A stretch of DNA of 64,000 bases from Bacteroidales bacterium (GTDB lineage: Bacteria > Bacteroidota > Bacteroidia > Bacteroidales > VadinHA17), in contig PLLX01000164.1 in assembly GCA_003141415.1 (NCBI GenBank), forward strand, positions 44,030-108,029, in the 5' to 3' direction. Below the pieces are notes generated by a model that saw nothing but the letters and a program-made list of their open reading frames with translations, did not search any database and was not told where the DNA came from. Shown here piece after piece: positions 33,735 through 44,021 of the stretch. Position 1 is the stretch's first letter; every line of letters begins with the position of its first letter. A program made the translations under genes and the position numbers.

Positions 33735-34367
33735 ATGAGAAACAGTATTACGGTAGAGAATCTAGATGTTATTAATAATCAAAGAATTAATACTCTGGTT
33801 AGTTTAGGGGGCACTTCAATGGATTTAGTTGAAAGGAAGCCTGTTCTTAATATCCTTACGAATGAAGATTGTGAAAACTTCACGAAGTATATTGAAAAGT
33901 TAGGACTCACAAAAGATACAAATATGGTGGTTCTTTCTTCACTACACCATTATTATTATGATGCTGAAGAAATGACTAATGTAAAAACAGTTATCAACTT
34001 AAAGGAACTCAACCAAATAAAGCAACTTAAGGGATTTCTTCATTCGATTTTTCATATTCTTCCACCAAGCTGCAATTTTATCGGATGCTTCGTTAACAAT
34101 AAAAAGCAGAACGGATTTGTGTTGAGTACCAGTCCCTCAGATTCTTATTATAAAAAGAACTCTGATGCTATTGAAAACGGTATTGTGTCAAGTAGCCCAT
34201 TTTTGAACATGATATACAATATGATAGATTCAAAGACCAATAAATACATGTCCGAAAGGAGTGTTTCTTTAGTATTAGGAGAGCATGGATTTAAAGTACT
34301 GGATATGACTGAAATGGATGGTCTGACATATTTCTGCGCGCAAAGCTTTCGGACTGCCGATAATTAA
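33735..34367 (+). CDS. Hypothetical protein, first gene of the polysaccharide operon; faint methyltransferase-fold resemblance without a SAM-binding glycine motif
   Basis: The track starts at TTG 33732; the adjacent ATG is at 33735. MVVLSSLHHYYYD...LKGFLHSIFHILPPSCNFIGCF...LGEHGFKVLDM resembles the distal half of class I methyltransferases only. Confidence 0.45.
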   Translation: MRNSITVENLDVINNQRINTLVSLGGTSMDLVERKPVLNILTNEDCENFTKYIEKLGLTKDTNMVVLSSLHHYYYDAEEMTNVKTVINLKELNQIKQLKGFLHSIFHILPPSCNFIGCFVNNKKQNGFVLSTSPSDSYYKKNSDAIENGIVSSSPFLNMIYNMIDSKTNKYMSERSVSLVLGEHGFKVLDMTEMDGLTYFCAQSFRTADN

Positions 34368-34443
34368 TTAAATATTCGTAATCGTTATTCACGGTTATCT
34401 TATCATTTAATCAGAACTAATTTATTATGAAGTTTTCCTGATT

Positions 34444-35904
34444 ATGGATTTTATTAATTACCTCGATCGTCTGAAGATAATTCCATTGTTAAAGAAATGG
34501 GGACTTTTAAAAATTGTACTTGGTGCGATTGACATCTTTGCCATTGCACTGGCATTCCAGTGCGCTTTTTATTTAATTTTTTTAAGATACCATTTACATG
34601 CAACTTTCTTTTTTTCTGAAAGCAGAACACTCAAGCTCTTCATTTTAATTTTGCCCATCTGGCTTTTGATTTTGTATTTAATACAAGTCTCTGAGATTCC
34701 AAGAACTAAACGCTACGCGGTCCTGTTCTACGAATATTTTCAATCAACAGTGCTGATAATTATTCTCTTATTAGTTTTTTATTTCGTTTTTAAACTTTAT
34801 CTGATTTCCCGCCCATTCCTTATAGAATTTGCAATTTTTGGCCTGTTTTTCCTTTTTCTTGCCAGGTCGTTAGAGTACAAAATATTCAAAATCTACCGCG
34901 CAAAGGGATATAATTACATAAACGTAGTATTAATTGCCGACGATACGTCTCTGCATTTTATTGAGAGCCTGTTGTCAAACAAGGATTGGGGATACAGGAT
35001 AATAGCAATATTTACCGGGTCAGTTCAACTTAAAGAAAAATATGAAAAAGCTATTATACTCCTTCCTGACGAATATTTAACTGTTCTTAATGACCTGATG
35101 GAAGTTGATATTATTGATGAAGTTATATACTTTAAAAGTAAAGTTATTCCTTCAGAAGTAAGAAATACCGTAAGATCCTGTGAAGAATTAGGTGTTGTAT
35201 TCAATTTGAACTATACAGACAAAAAGGATAAACTTACAAACGCCGTTAAAACAGAAATTGGCAACCAAAAATTCCTGACTTTTATTAATATACCTCATAA
35301 TACATTTGCACTGGCGATTAAAAAGATAATGGATATCTGTGTATCTCTTTTCTTGATAATATGTTTATCTCCTGTTTTATTGGCCATTGCCATTTTTATA
35401 AAAATTACCTCCCCGGGCCCGGCAGTATTCACGCAAGCCAGAGTAGGATTAAGAGGTCGGCAGTTCAGCCTCTATAAATTCAGGACCATGATTGCCAATG
35501 CGGAAATACTTAAAAAGGAGCTCGAAGCTGATAATGAAGCTGACGGACCAGTTTTTAAAATTAAAGATGACCCGCGTGTTACCAAAATAGGGAAATTCCT
35601 TAGAAGAACTGGACTTGATGAATTGCCTCAACTCTTTAATATTATAAAAGGGGAAATGTCGTTGATTGGTCCCCGTCCTCCACTCCCAAGCGAAACAGTT
35701 CAGTATAAGCGCTGGCAATTGAGACGTCTTTCCGTAAAGCCGGGGCTATCTTGTTTCTGGCAGATAAAACCAGACAGAAACAATATAAAGTTCGAAAAGT
35801 GGATGGAATTGGATTTAGCCTATATAGATAATTGGTCTCTTCGATTAGATTTTATAATTTTACTGAAAACAATTAAAACAGTTTTTTTGAGAACAGGTTT
35901 GTGA
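34444..35904 (+). CDS. Polyprenyl-phosphate glycosyl-1-phosphate transferase (WbaP/EPS priming enzyme, Bac_transf family)
   Basis: N-terminal TM helices. C-terminal SPGPAVFTQARVGLRGRQFSLYKFRTM...DGPVFKIKDDPRVTKIGKFLRRTGLDELPQLFNIIKGEMSLIGPRP. Confidence 0.9.
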   Translation: MDFINYLDRLKIIPLLKKWGLLKIVLGAIDIFAIALAFQCAFYLIFLRYHLHATFFFSESRTLKLFILILPIWLLILYLIQVSEIPRTKRYAVLFYEYFQSTVLIIILLLVFYFVFKLYLISRPFLIEFAIFGLFFLFLARSLEYKIFKIYRAKGYNYINVVLIADDTSLHFIESLLSNKDWGYRIIAIFTGSVQLKEKYEKAIILLPDEYLTVLNDLMEVDIIDEVIYFKSKVIPSEVRNTVRSCEELGVVFNLNYTDKKDKLTNAVKTEIGNQKFLTFINIPHNTFALAIKKIMDICVSLFLIICLSPVLLAIAIFIKITSPGPAVFTQARVGLRGRQFSLYKFRTMIANAEILKKELEADNEADGPVFKIKDDPRVTKIGKFLRRTGLDELPQLFNIIKGEMSLIGPRPPLPSETVQYKRWQLRRLSVKPGLSCFWQIKPDRNNIKFEKWMELDLAYIDNWSLRLDFIILLKTIKTVFLRTGL

Positions 35905-35923
35905 TTTTATATAATTATGATTT

Positions 35924-36694
35924 ATGCCAAAGAAAATAAAGTACCGTTTATGCGAAGCGGTTGTCATTTTATCGATGATTATTACTGCTTCATGTGTTCC
36001 TGTAAAGGATATAAATTATTTCAACGATTATAGTGAGCTTGCAGAACCCGGAGTTAATCCAAGGACCCAAAAGCTTATTATGCCATTTGATAAACTTTAT
36101 ATTAAAGTAATAAGTATTGATCCACAGACCAGCCAGATATTTAATGCTACCGAAGAAATAAGGAGTGGCGGTAGCAATGGTATTCTCGGCTACCTTGTTG
36201 ATGAAAAAGGTGATGTAAATTTTCCTTTCGTCGGTAATATAAACGTGGCTTCACTTACTATAGCTCAGGCTTCTGAGAAGATTCAGAAAGCAATGAGTGA
36301 TTATGTATCCAATACTTCTATAACTGTCAAATTTATTGATAATCAGATCACGGTTATGGGTGAGGTTCAACATCAGGGAGTCTACCCTTTTACCCAGGAT
36401 AAACTCAACATCTATGAGGCTTTGGGGCTCGGCGGAGGACTTACACAATATGGCGACCGCAAAAAAATCGTACTTATAAGGAATGAAAGTGGCAAAATTA
36501 TGCATTACCGGTTAAACCTTTCAGATTCAAAGATCGCAAATAAAGACTATTATTATATTCTACCGAATGATGTAATCATTGTGGAACCTTTAAAAGCTAT
36601 CTCTTCCACTTACCAGAATATCACTTATACAACTATACTTAGTTCAATAACAACTCTGATAGCGGTTCTGCTTTTTACAAATGTTAAGTTTTAA
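35924..36694 (+). CDS. Polysaccharide export protein (Wza-like; Poly_export + SLBB)
   Basis: Lipoprotein-like N-terminus (ITASC). ITVMGEVQHQGVYPFTQDKLNIYEALGLGGGLTQYGDRKKIVLIR is an SLBB motif. Confidence 0.85.
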   Translation: MPKKIKYRLCEAVVILSMIITASCVPVKDINYFNDYSELAEPGVNPRTQKLIMPFDKLYIKVISIDPQTSQIFNATEEIRSGGSNGILGYLVDEKGDVNFPFVGNINVASLTIAQASEKIQKAMSDYVSNTSITVKFIDNQITVMGEVQHQGVYPFTQDKLNIYEALGLGGGLTQYGDRKKIVLIRNESGKIMHYRLNLSDSKIANKDYYYILPNDVIIVEPLKAISSTYQNITYTTILSSITTLIAVLLFTNVKF

Positions 36695-36711
36695 ATTAAA
36701 TATAATATTAA

Positions 36712-39081
36712 ATGGTAAGTCAAAAAGAATCCACGTCTGAAGCTTATAATATCAAGGAGTTTATATTTTCAGCTTTGCCTTATAAATTTTACTATTTGGC
36801 AAGTATTGTTGTCTGTTTATCAATTGCTTTTATGATAAACAAATTTTCGCCAGTTGTAATAAGGGTGAATTCCATTATCGGACCTATTGAAGATAAACGG
36901 CCTTCATTACGTGGATCAAGCAGTTTATTCAACGGAGTTGCTGATTATTCCCAGGTAAGAAACCTTGAAAATGATATAAATAGTCTCACTTCCTTTAGTC
37001 TGGTCTCCACAACCATTAAAACGCTGAATCTTGAAGTAGGTTATTTTACAGACAAGACTAATATTTTCGGACATCCAAATCAGATTTACCAGGGATCTTC
37101 TTATACTGTGAATATTGACAAATCTCATATACAACCAATCAATGCCAGGTTTTATATAAAACTTATTGATGATAAGTCTTACAGATTAAGATCTTCAGAA
37201 AAAGAAGTTACTCTTTACAACTATGTTGATAACTATATTGTGAGCAGACAAAATGTTCTGAAAATAGACACAATATGCAAGTTTAATGAAACAGTACAAA
37301 ATAAATATTTTCAATTTTCTGTATTCCGAAATAAAGATTCCTATGATTCTGGTGCAAAATATGAGAATCTTTTATATTTTGAGTTTTACCATCAGGATTT
37401 ACTCTCACAAGAGTATCTTAAAAAACTTAAAGTTGAACCCGTCAGTGTCAAGTCTTCACTAATAAAAGTCTCGTTTCAGGGAGAAAACATCGATTTGACA
37501 ATTGACTTTCTGAATAACTACCTAAAGGCCTATCTCGATGCTGATCTGGCAAAAAAGAACCTTATAGCATCAAGTACGATAAATTTTATAGACAAACAGA
37601 TCTCTGAAACATCAGATTCACTTTCAAAGTCTGAATCCAAACTAAAGGATTATCGATCGGTTAACCAGGTAACTAATCTCAGTTACCAGGGGCAACAGGC
37701 GTTGGAACAAATGACTAAAATAGAAGCAGATAAGTCAGCCCTGCTGGTCCAGGAGCGTTATTATAAATATTTATTAGAGTATTTAGAAAAGAATAAAGAT
37801 GTGACCGTACTCCAACCTCCGTCTTCAGCAAATGTCAATGACCCAATAATGAACTCACTTGTAATAGAACTACAATCGCTGAATAGTCAAAGGGCAAGCT
37901 TATTAAGCAATAACTCAGGGAAAAACCTGTTCCTGGGGCAAATCGAAAATAAGATCAAATTACAGAAACAGGCTATAATTGAAAATGTTACAAATAGTCT
38001 TAACACATTGAATCTTAGTGAGAATGAACTGAATTACCGTGCTGAAAAACTTTCAGGAGAGATTTCCAAGCTGCCAAGAACCGAACTCAATATGGTCAGT
38101 ATGCAACGGAAATTCAATCTTAGTGATGCGATCTATACTTTCCTGCTTCAAAAGCGAGCTGAATCAGAGATTACATTGGCTTCAAATATTCCCGATTACG
38201 AGATTATGGAGCCGGCCCGCGAGACCTCACGAACAGTCCTCTCGCCCAAAACGATGATTAACTACTTAGCAGCGATCTTTCTTGCTTTTATGGGTCCGAC
38301 ACTTTTCATTATATTAAAAAAATACTTTAACGAAAAGATAACCTCCGTTTCAGATGTCCAGCGTCTGATGGACCGAAATGTTTTTGGAATAATTTATAGT
38401 AACTTAACTAAAACCGAAGCTGTTGTTCCTGATTTTCCAGATTCTTCGATTGCAGAATCATTCAGAAACCTGCGTAGTAGTGTTTTCCTTAGGCTTAGAT
38501 CGGAAGCATCAAAAGTAATATTGGTTACCTCCGCCCAACCGCGTGAAGGAAAAAGTTTCATCGCTTTTAACCTGGCAGCCTCAATAGCATCTGTAGGCCA
38601 TAAAACAATTATACTGGATTGCGACTTACGCAGACCGACGCTACATTTAAAGTTCAAAGAAGCCAATTCAACTGGGCTTTCAGTTTATATGGCTAAGCAG
38701 GCTAACAAAGATGAGATCATTAAGAAGACCTTCGTCCCAAATCTTTCATTTATACCCGCGGGCCCGCAATTACCGAATCCGTCTGAACTTATGGAGTCAG
38801 GAATTCTTGATGACCTGATAACAACTCTTAAAAGCAAATTTGATTATATAATTCTTGACACAACACCAGCCGGTATTGTAGCCGATGCGTTCCAGATGAT
38901 GAAACATGCATCACAGATCCTTATGGTATGCAGAAATAATTATACTCGTAAAGATGTATTTATTGAGGTCATTAATAATTTACAGTCAAATAAATTTGCC
39001 AATTACGATGTTGTGTTTAATGATCTTGATCTGAAGAGAAGCCAGATCGGAGCTTATAACAGCTATTATCACAAAGAATAA
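36712..39081 (+). CDS. Polysaccharide co-polymerase / tyrosine autokinase (Wzc/GumC-like)
   Basis: 789 aa with two TM segments flanking a coiled-coil periplasmic domain. C-terminal Walker A VTSAQPREGKSFIAFNLAASIA, plus ILDCDLRRP and IILDTTPAG. Confidence 0.85.
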   Translation: MVSQKESTSEAYNIKEFIFSALPYKFYYLASIVVCLSIAFMINKFSPVVIRVNSIIGPIEDKRPSLRGSSSLFNGVADYSQVRNLENDINSLTSFSLVSTTIKTLNLEVGYFTDKTNIFGHPNQIYQGSSYTVNIDKSHIQPINARFYIKLIDDKSYRLRSSEKEVTLYNYVDNYIVSRQNVLKIDTICKFNETVQNKYFQFSVFRNKDSYDSGAKYENLLYFEFYHQDLLSQEYLKKLKVEPVSVKSSLIKVSFQGENIDLTIDFLNNYLKAYLDADLAKKNLIASSTINFIDKQISETSDSLSKSESKLKDYRSVNQVTNLSYQGQQALEQMTKIEADKSALLVQERYYKYLLEYLEKNKDVTVLQPPSSANVNDPIMNSLVIELQSLNSQRASLLSNNSGKNLFLGQIENKIKLQKQAIIENVTNSLNTLNLSENELNYRAEKLSGEISKLPRTELNMVSMQRKFNLSDAIYTFLLQKRAESEITLASNIPDYEIMEPARETSRTVLSPKTMINYLAAIFLAFMGPTLFIILKKYFNEKITSVSDVQRLMDRNVFGIIYSNLTKTEAVVPDFPDSSIAESFRNLRSSVFLRLRSEASKVILVTSAQPREGKSFIAFNLAASIASVGHKTIILDCDLRRPTLHLKFKEANSTGLSVYMAKQANKDEIIKKTFVPNLSFIPAGPQLPNPSELMESGILDDLITTLKSKFDYIILDTTPAGIVADAFQMMKHASQILMVCRNNYTRKDVFIEVINNLQSNKFANYDVVFNDLDLKRSQIGAYNSYYHKE

Positions 39082-39134
39082 TAATATTTAAACTGTTTCC
39101 CCATTTGTCTATCTAATTTTTTATAATCTTATAT

Positions 39135-39395
39135 ATGGAGCAAGAAGTTTTGACAATCAAACAAAAGGTTAATGAATATGTTTTAGAACATACGTTTGCT
39201 GAAAAACATAAAATTCAGGACGATTCCTTAATTTTTAAAGAGGGGTACTTTGATTCAATGGGATTTATAATGCTAATCACATTCATAGAAGAAGAATTTG
39301 CATTAAAGACAAGTGATTCGGACCTCATAGAAGAAAATTTTGAATCAATCAATGCAATAACTTCTTATATACTCAGGAAAAAAACAAAACAGTAG
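39135..39395 (+). CDS. Acyl/peptidyl carrier protein
   Basis: 86 aa. GYFDSMGFIMLITFIEEEF contains the phosphopantetheine-attachment (D)S(M/L) motif. Confidence 0.75.
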   Translation: MEQEVLTIKQKVNEYVLEHTFAEKHKIQDDSLIFKEGYFDSMGFIMLITFIEEEFALKTSDSDLIEENFESINAITSYILRKKTKQ

Positions 39396-39426
39396 AATAT
39401 AATTCTACTTCCTTAACCCAACAAAG

Positions 39427-41424
39427 ATGTGCGGAATAGTAGGAATTTATAATAGTGCGGAAACTTTGCGCAATCCCGAAGCCCTGTTGACGAGAATGCT
39501 AGCGCGCATACAATATAGGGGACCCGATGAAAGTGGCATATACATCAATAATAATGCCGCCCTGGGCAGTGTTCGTCTAAGTATTATAGATATTCAAACC
39601 GGGCAGCAACCACTATCATCAGAAGATGGTAAATACTGGATTGTATTTAACGGAGAAATTTTCAATTATATTGAACTGAAAGCCGATTTAATTCATCTTG
39701 GATACTCTTTCAGAACTGAATGTGATACAGAAGTTTTGCTGAATGTTTACCTGGAGTATGGACCGGATTGCCTTAACAGGTTAAATGGGCAATTTGTTTT
39801 TGCTATCTGGAACAATGAAGAGAAGGAATTGTTTCTCGCCCGCGACAGGGTTGGCATTCGACCCCTTTTCTATACTCAGACAGAGAACAATACCTTTCTT
39901 TTTGGATCGGAGATTAAAACACTTTTTGAACACCCGGATGTAAAACCTGAAATTGACCCGGTTTCAATGTCCCAGGTTTTCACGTTTTGGTCCACTATTA
40001 CACCAAGAACAATCTTTAAACGCATCTTTGAACTGGCGCCTGGTCACTCTATGAAAATATCTCACGGAAAAACAGTGATTCAATCATTCTGGTCACTCAA
40101 ATTTCCTGTTGAAAAAGATGCTTTTTTTAAAGGAACAATAAATGAAGCTGCTGAAGAACTTGAAAAACTATTAACAGACGCGGTAAGGATTAGGCTCAGA
40201 GCCGACGTGCAAGTAGCAGCTTATCTTAGTGGCGGACTAGATTCGAGTGCTACCACAGCACTTATTAAAAAAGTGGCACCCGAAACACTTCAAACCTTCT
40301 CAATAGGTTTCGAAGACGGGGAGTTTGATGAAACACCTTATCAGCAGGAAGTTTCAAAATACCTTGGAACACGGCATACCGCATTTACATGTACCCGGCA
40401 GGATATTGGCAATTATTTCCCTCAGGTGATATGGCATTCAGAAATACCGATTTTACGTACTGCACCTGTACCTATGTTCTGTTTGTCCAAAAAGGTAAGA
40501 GAAAACAATATTAAGGTAGTAATAACCGGGGAAGGTGCTGACGAAATGCTGGCCGGATATGATATATTTAAAGAAGGAATCATCCGGGAATTCTGGTCAC
40601 GTCAACCTAATTCAAAATACAGACCTCTTCTTTTACAAAAACTATATCCCTATCTTGCTCAATTCCAGGGAAAGAACAAGAGTATGCTTAAGTTCTTTTT
40701 TGGATATCAGCTGCAGGATACCAACTCCCCTTTCTACTCACATATATTGAGATGGAGAAACACATCAAGTATCCAGAACTTTTTCTCTGAGGAGTTGAAA
40801 TCCAATCTTAATGGTTTTGATCAATATGAAGAGGTAAAAAGGATGCTTCCACGAGGATTTGATCAGTACGACAGGTTAAACAAATCGCAATGGCTTGAAT
40901 CCTCAATCTTTATGTCGAGTTACCTATTATCATCTCAGGGTGATCGGGTTGGTATGGCAAATTCAGTTGAAGGACGCTATCCTTTCCTTGATTATCGGGT
41001 GATGGAATTTGCTGCCAAACTACCCCCTGATTATAAGATGCACGGACTTAATGAGAAGTTCATACTAAAGCGTATGATGAATAAGCGTTTGCCTGAAAGT
41101 GTTTTGAAAAGACCCAAACAAGCTTACAGAGCACCAATTGCAGGCAGCTTTTTATCATCACCTGCAAGGGAATATGTCATGGATCTGCTTTCTGATCAGG
41201 ATATTAATAAAACCGGAATGTTCTCTTATAATGCAGTTCACAAATTACTTAATAAGATTTCTAATGGAGAACTGGTCACTGAGATGGAAAATATGGCCCT
41301 TTGCGGAATTATTTCCTCTCAACTTATTTATCATCAGTATATTTTAAGAGATAATTTCAGACCTGCTATCCCACAGTTAAATAACTGCCGTATCATTAAT
41401 GAACAAAATCCAATATACTCCTGA
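39427..41424 (+). CDS. Asparagine synthase family (glutamine-hydrolysing) amidotransferase
   Basis: MCGIVGIY is the N-terminal nucleophile Cys2. Also NGEIFNY, TECDTEVLL and the PP-loop AYLSGGLDSS. Confidence 0.9.
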   Translation: MCGIVGIYNSAETLRNPEALLTRMLARIQYRGPDESGIYINNNAALGSVRLSIIDIQTGQQPLSSEDGKYWIVFNGEIFNYIELKADLIHLGYSFRTECDTEVLLNVYLEYGPDCLNRLNGQFVFAIWNNEEKELFLARDRVGIRPLFYTQTENNTFLFGSEIKTLFEHPDVKPEIDPVSMSQVFTFWSTITPRTIFKRIFELAPGHSMKISHGKTVIQSFWSLKFPVEKDAFFKGTINEAAEELEKLLTDAVRIRLRADVQVAAYLSGGLDSSATTALIKKVAPETLQTFSIGFEDGEFDETPYQQEVSKYLGTRHTAFTCTRQDIGNYFPQVIWHSEIPILRTAPVPMFCLSKKVRENNIKVVITGEGADEMLAGYDIFKEGIIREFWSRQPNSKYRPLLLQKLYPYLAQFQGKNKSMLKFFFGYQLQDTNSPFYSHILRWRNTSSIQNFFSEELKSNLNGFDQYEEVKRMLPRGFDQYDRLNKSQWLESSIFMSSYLLSSQGDRVGMANSVEGRYPFLDYRVMEFAAKLPPDYKMHGLNEKFILKRMMNKRLPESVLKRPKQAYRAPIAGSFLSSPAREYVMDLLSDQDINKTGMFSYNAVHKLLNKISNGELVTEMENMALCGIISSQLIYHQYILRDNFRPAIPQLNNCRIINEQNPIYS

Positions 41425-41441
41425 TTAATCTTAAATCAATT

Positions 41442-42428
41442 ATGAAAAATAAAGATAAACGGCCATTCACTAAGGATATCCTCGTTATTGATAATATAGG
41501 TGCAGAATGTGAAAGAATAATTGCCGGCATCCAGGAAAACGTTTTGCATCGCCTGCACCGTATTGGAGGAGTGATTGGCATTTCAGGAGGTATTGATTCC
41601 TCTGTTTCCATGGCTCTTGCTGCCAAAGCCCTTGGAACGGAAAATTTACTGGGTATTATGTTACCGGAACAGGATTCGAGTGGCGACAGCGCCAAATTTG
41701 CACAAAAACTAGCTGATAAATTTGGTGTAAAAGCTATTACTGAAAATATTACAGGAGCATTGCAGGGATTCGGATGCTATGAGCGTCGTGATGAGGCTGT
41801 CAAGAAAGTTTTACCGGAATATGATCCAAATCATTACAAAATGAAAATTGGAATCAGTAGCTCCGGTCTTTATACCAACCTTCCACCGCTTTTTTCGCTT
41901 ACAATTATCGATAATAAAGGTAACGAGCAATCAAAACGAATACCACCCAATGAACTAAGACAAATCGAAGCTGCTTCTAATTTCAAACAGCGATGCAGGA
42001 TGTCTATGCTTTACTATCATGCTGAGCGACTTCATTATGCAGTTATAGGTACACCAAATAAGCATGAAGTTGAGCAGGGATTCTTTGTCAAAAACGGGGA
42101 TGGCGGCGCCGACGTTATGCCTATTGCCCATCTTTACAAAACGCAGGTATATCAATTGGCTCACTACCTGGGTATCCCAGGCGAAATTATTGATCGCACT
42201 CCTACCTCCGACACATATTCGGCTGAACAAACCCAGGAGGAGTTTTTCTTCCAACTGCCATTTCAGCAAATGGACCTGTTATGGTATGCTTTTAAAAATA
42301 ATTATGACCCACTGGAAGTTGGAAATGTTATGGGTAGAACCGCTGATGAAGTAGAAAAAGTATTTGGCGGTTTTGAACGTAAAATAAAAACTACCGAATA
42401 TCTGAGGATGCCACCCCTAAGCTTTTAA
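41442..42428 (+). CDS. NadE-like PP-loop ATP-pyrophosphatase (NAD synthetase family) with an internal insertion
   Basis: GISGGIDSSVSMALAA is the PP-loop. Also NFKQRCRMSMLYYHAE, GTPNKHEVEQGFFVKNGDGGADVMPIAHLYKTQVYQLA and TPTSDTY. At 328 aa it is longer than the ~270-aa NH3-dependent NadE as I recall it. Confidence 0.75.
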   Translation: MKNKDKRPFTKDILVIDNIGAECERIIAGIQENVLHRLHRIGGVIGISGGIDSSVSMALAAKALGTENLLGIMLPEQDSSGDSAKFAQKLADKFGVKAITENITGALQGFGCYERRDEAVKKVLPEYDPNHYKMKIGISSSGLYTNLPPLFSLTIIDNKGNEQSKRIPPNELRQIEAASNFKQRCRMSMLYYHAERLHYAVIGTPNKHEVEQGFFVKNGDGGADVMPIAHLYKTQVYQLAHYLGIPGEIIDRTPTSDTYSAEQTQEEFFFQLPFQQMDLLWYAFKNNYDPLEVGNVMGRTADEVEKVFGGFERKIKTTEYLRMPPLSF

Positions 42429-42443
42429 TCTTTTATACTGAAG

Positions 42444-44021
42444 ATGATTAAGATACCACAGCGTATACTAGGTGAGGCATTGACGTTCTCTGCCCGTGAA
42501 CATCCCTCAAAAACTGCTATCATCATTAAAACAAAGGAATATACATATTCCAGTCTTAAAGAAAGCTCAGAAAAGCTGGCAGAACATTTAGTATTTGCAG
42601 GAATAAAGAAAGGTGACAGGGTTGCTGTTTATATGAACAACTCCTGGCAAAGTATAGTTTCGATTTACGGCATAAGCATGGCTGGTGCGGCATTTCTGGT
42701 AATTAATCCTCAGACAAGAGCCGATAAGCTACAGTACATACTAAACGACAGCGGTGCTAAAATATTGATTTCAGAAAGCATCTTAAGTAATGAGCTATCG
42801 CAGGCATTAGTAGGTTCAACTGATATACATGAAGTAATAATTACCGGAGACAATAACAGAATAACCAGGATTCCAGGTTTAAAACTCGAGGATTTTGAAA
42901 ATATAATCACTGAGAATAATCCTGTAATCATTTTACCAGAGATCATCCCGAATGATCTCGCTGCGTTAATATATACTTCCGGCAGCACAGGCTTTCCCAA
43001 AGGAGTGATGATGACACATCAATCAATGGTCTTTACTTCGTGGAGCCTTGTTGAATATCTGAGGTTATCAGAGGAGGACCGTATAATATTGTTATTGCCA
43101 CTCGCATTTGACTATGGATTATATCAACTTCTTATGGCAATTACAATCGGAGGTTCTCTGATTGTTGAGCAATCATTTACTTTTCAAACATCTGTCTATA
43201 AACAAATTGATCTGTTCAAACCGACAGTTTTTCCCGGTGTACCAACAATTTATGCCATGATGATTGCTGCAAATAAGAAGACTGGGCTATCATTTGATTG
43301 CATTAAGAAAGTAACAAATACAGCTGCTGCCCTACCTGTTGAATTCATCCCAGATCTTAAGAAAATATTCCCCGAAGCGTTAATCTTTAAAATGTACGGA
43401 TTAACAGAATGTAAAAGAGTGTGTTATCTGGAACCTGAATTAGTTGATATAAAACCTGATTCAGTTGGAAAAGCTATACCAGGAACCGAGGTCTTTTTAT
43501 TATCCCCCGAAGGGAACCCTGTATCACCAGGCGAAAAGGGCATCTTGCATATCCGTGGCCCTCATGTTATGTTGGGCTATTGGCATAAAGAAGAGCTTAG
43601 TAAGGAAATGCTCAGGCCAGGTAAACTGCCAGGTGAAATAATCTTATGCTCAAATGACTGGTTTAAAATGGATGATGAAGGGTTTTTATATTTCCTCGGC
43701 AGAACAGATGACATAATTAAAACCAGAGGAGAAAAAGTCAGTCCGGCAGAAATTGAAAATATCATTTATAAAATTGAGGGGATTAAAGAAGTTGCAGTTA
43801 TTGGTATTCCTGATGAGATAATGGGAGAATCAATTATTGCCTATGTTACAACACATGGCAAGTTACAAATAGGAGAAAAGGAAATACAAAAAGAATGCAT
43901 GTCAAGGTTGGAGTTATTCATGGTTCCCCAGCGTATAATTTTCTTAGATGAAATGCCTAAGAGTTCCAATAGTAAGATCGATAAAAAAGAACTTAAAAAA
44001 ATGTATCTGGAAAATGAATAA
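42444..44021 (+). CDS. AMP-forming adenylating enzyme (acyl-CoA synthetase / carrier-protein ligase family)
   Basis: LIYTSGSTGFPKGVMMTH is the AMP-binding core. Also YGLTEC, GDWFKMDDEGFLYFLGRTDDIIKTRGEKVSPAEIE and the terminal K in SNSKIDKKEL. Confidence 0.9.
   Translation: MIKIPQRILGEALTFSAREHPSKTAIIIKTKEYTYSSLKESSEKLAEHLVFAGIKKGDRVAVYMNNSWQSIVSIYGISMAGAAFLVINPQTRADKLQYILNDSGAKILISESILSNELSQALVGSTDIHEVIITGDNNRITRIPGLKLEDFENIITENNPVIILPEIIPNDLAALIYTSGSTGFPKGVMMTHQSMVFTSWSLVEYLRLSEEDRIILLLPLAFDYGLYQLLMAITIGGSLIVEQSFTFQTSVYKQIDLFKPTVFPGVPTIYAMMIAANKKTGLSFDCIKKVTNTAAALPVEFIPDLKKIFPEALIFKMYGLTECKRVCYLEPELVDIKPDSVGKAIPGTEVFLLSPEGNPVSPGEKGILHIRGPHVMLGYWHKEELSKEMLRPGKLPGEIILCSNDWFKMDDEGFLYFLGRTDDIIKTRGEKVSPAEIENIIYKIEGIKEVAVIGIPDEIMGESIIAYVTTHGKLQIGEKEIQKECMSRLELFMVPQRIIFLDEMPKSSNSKIDKKELKKMYLENE

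Noticed and set aside
43948-44013. The track's longer start for the HemK-like ORF (MKCLRVPIVRSIKK...).
   Set aside because: This extension lies wholly inside the 3' end of the AMP-ligase gene in another frame and has no homology-like features. The Met at 44014 overlaps the ligase stop in a typical coupling arrangement.
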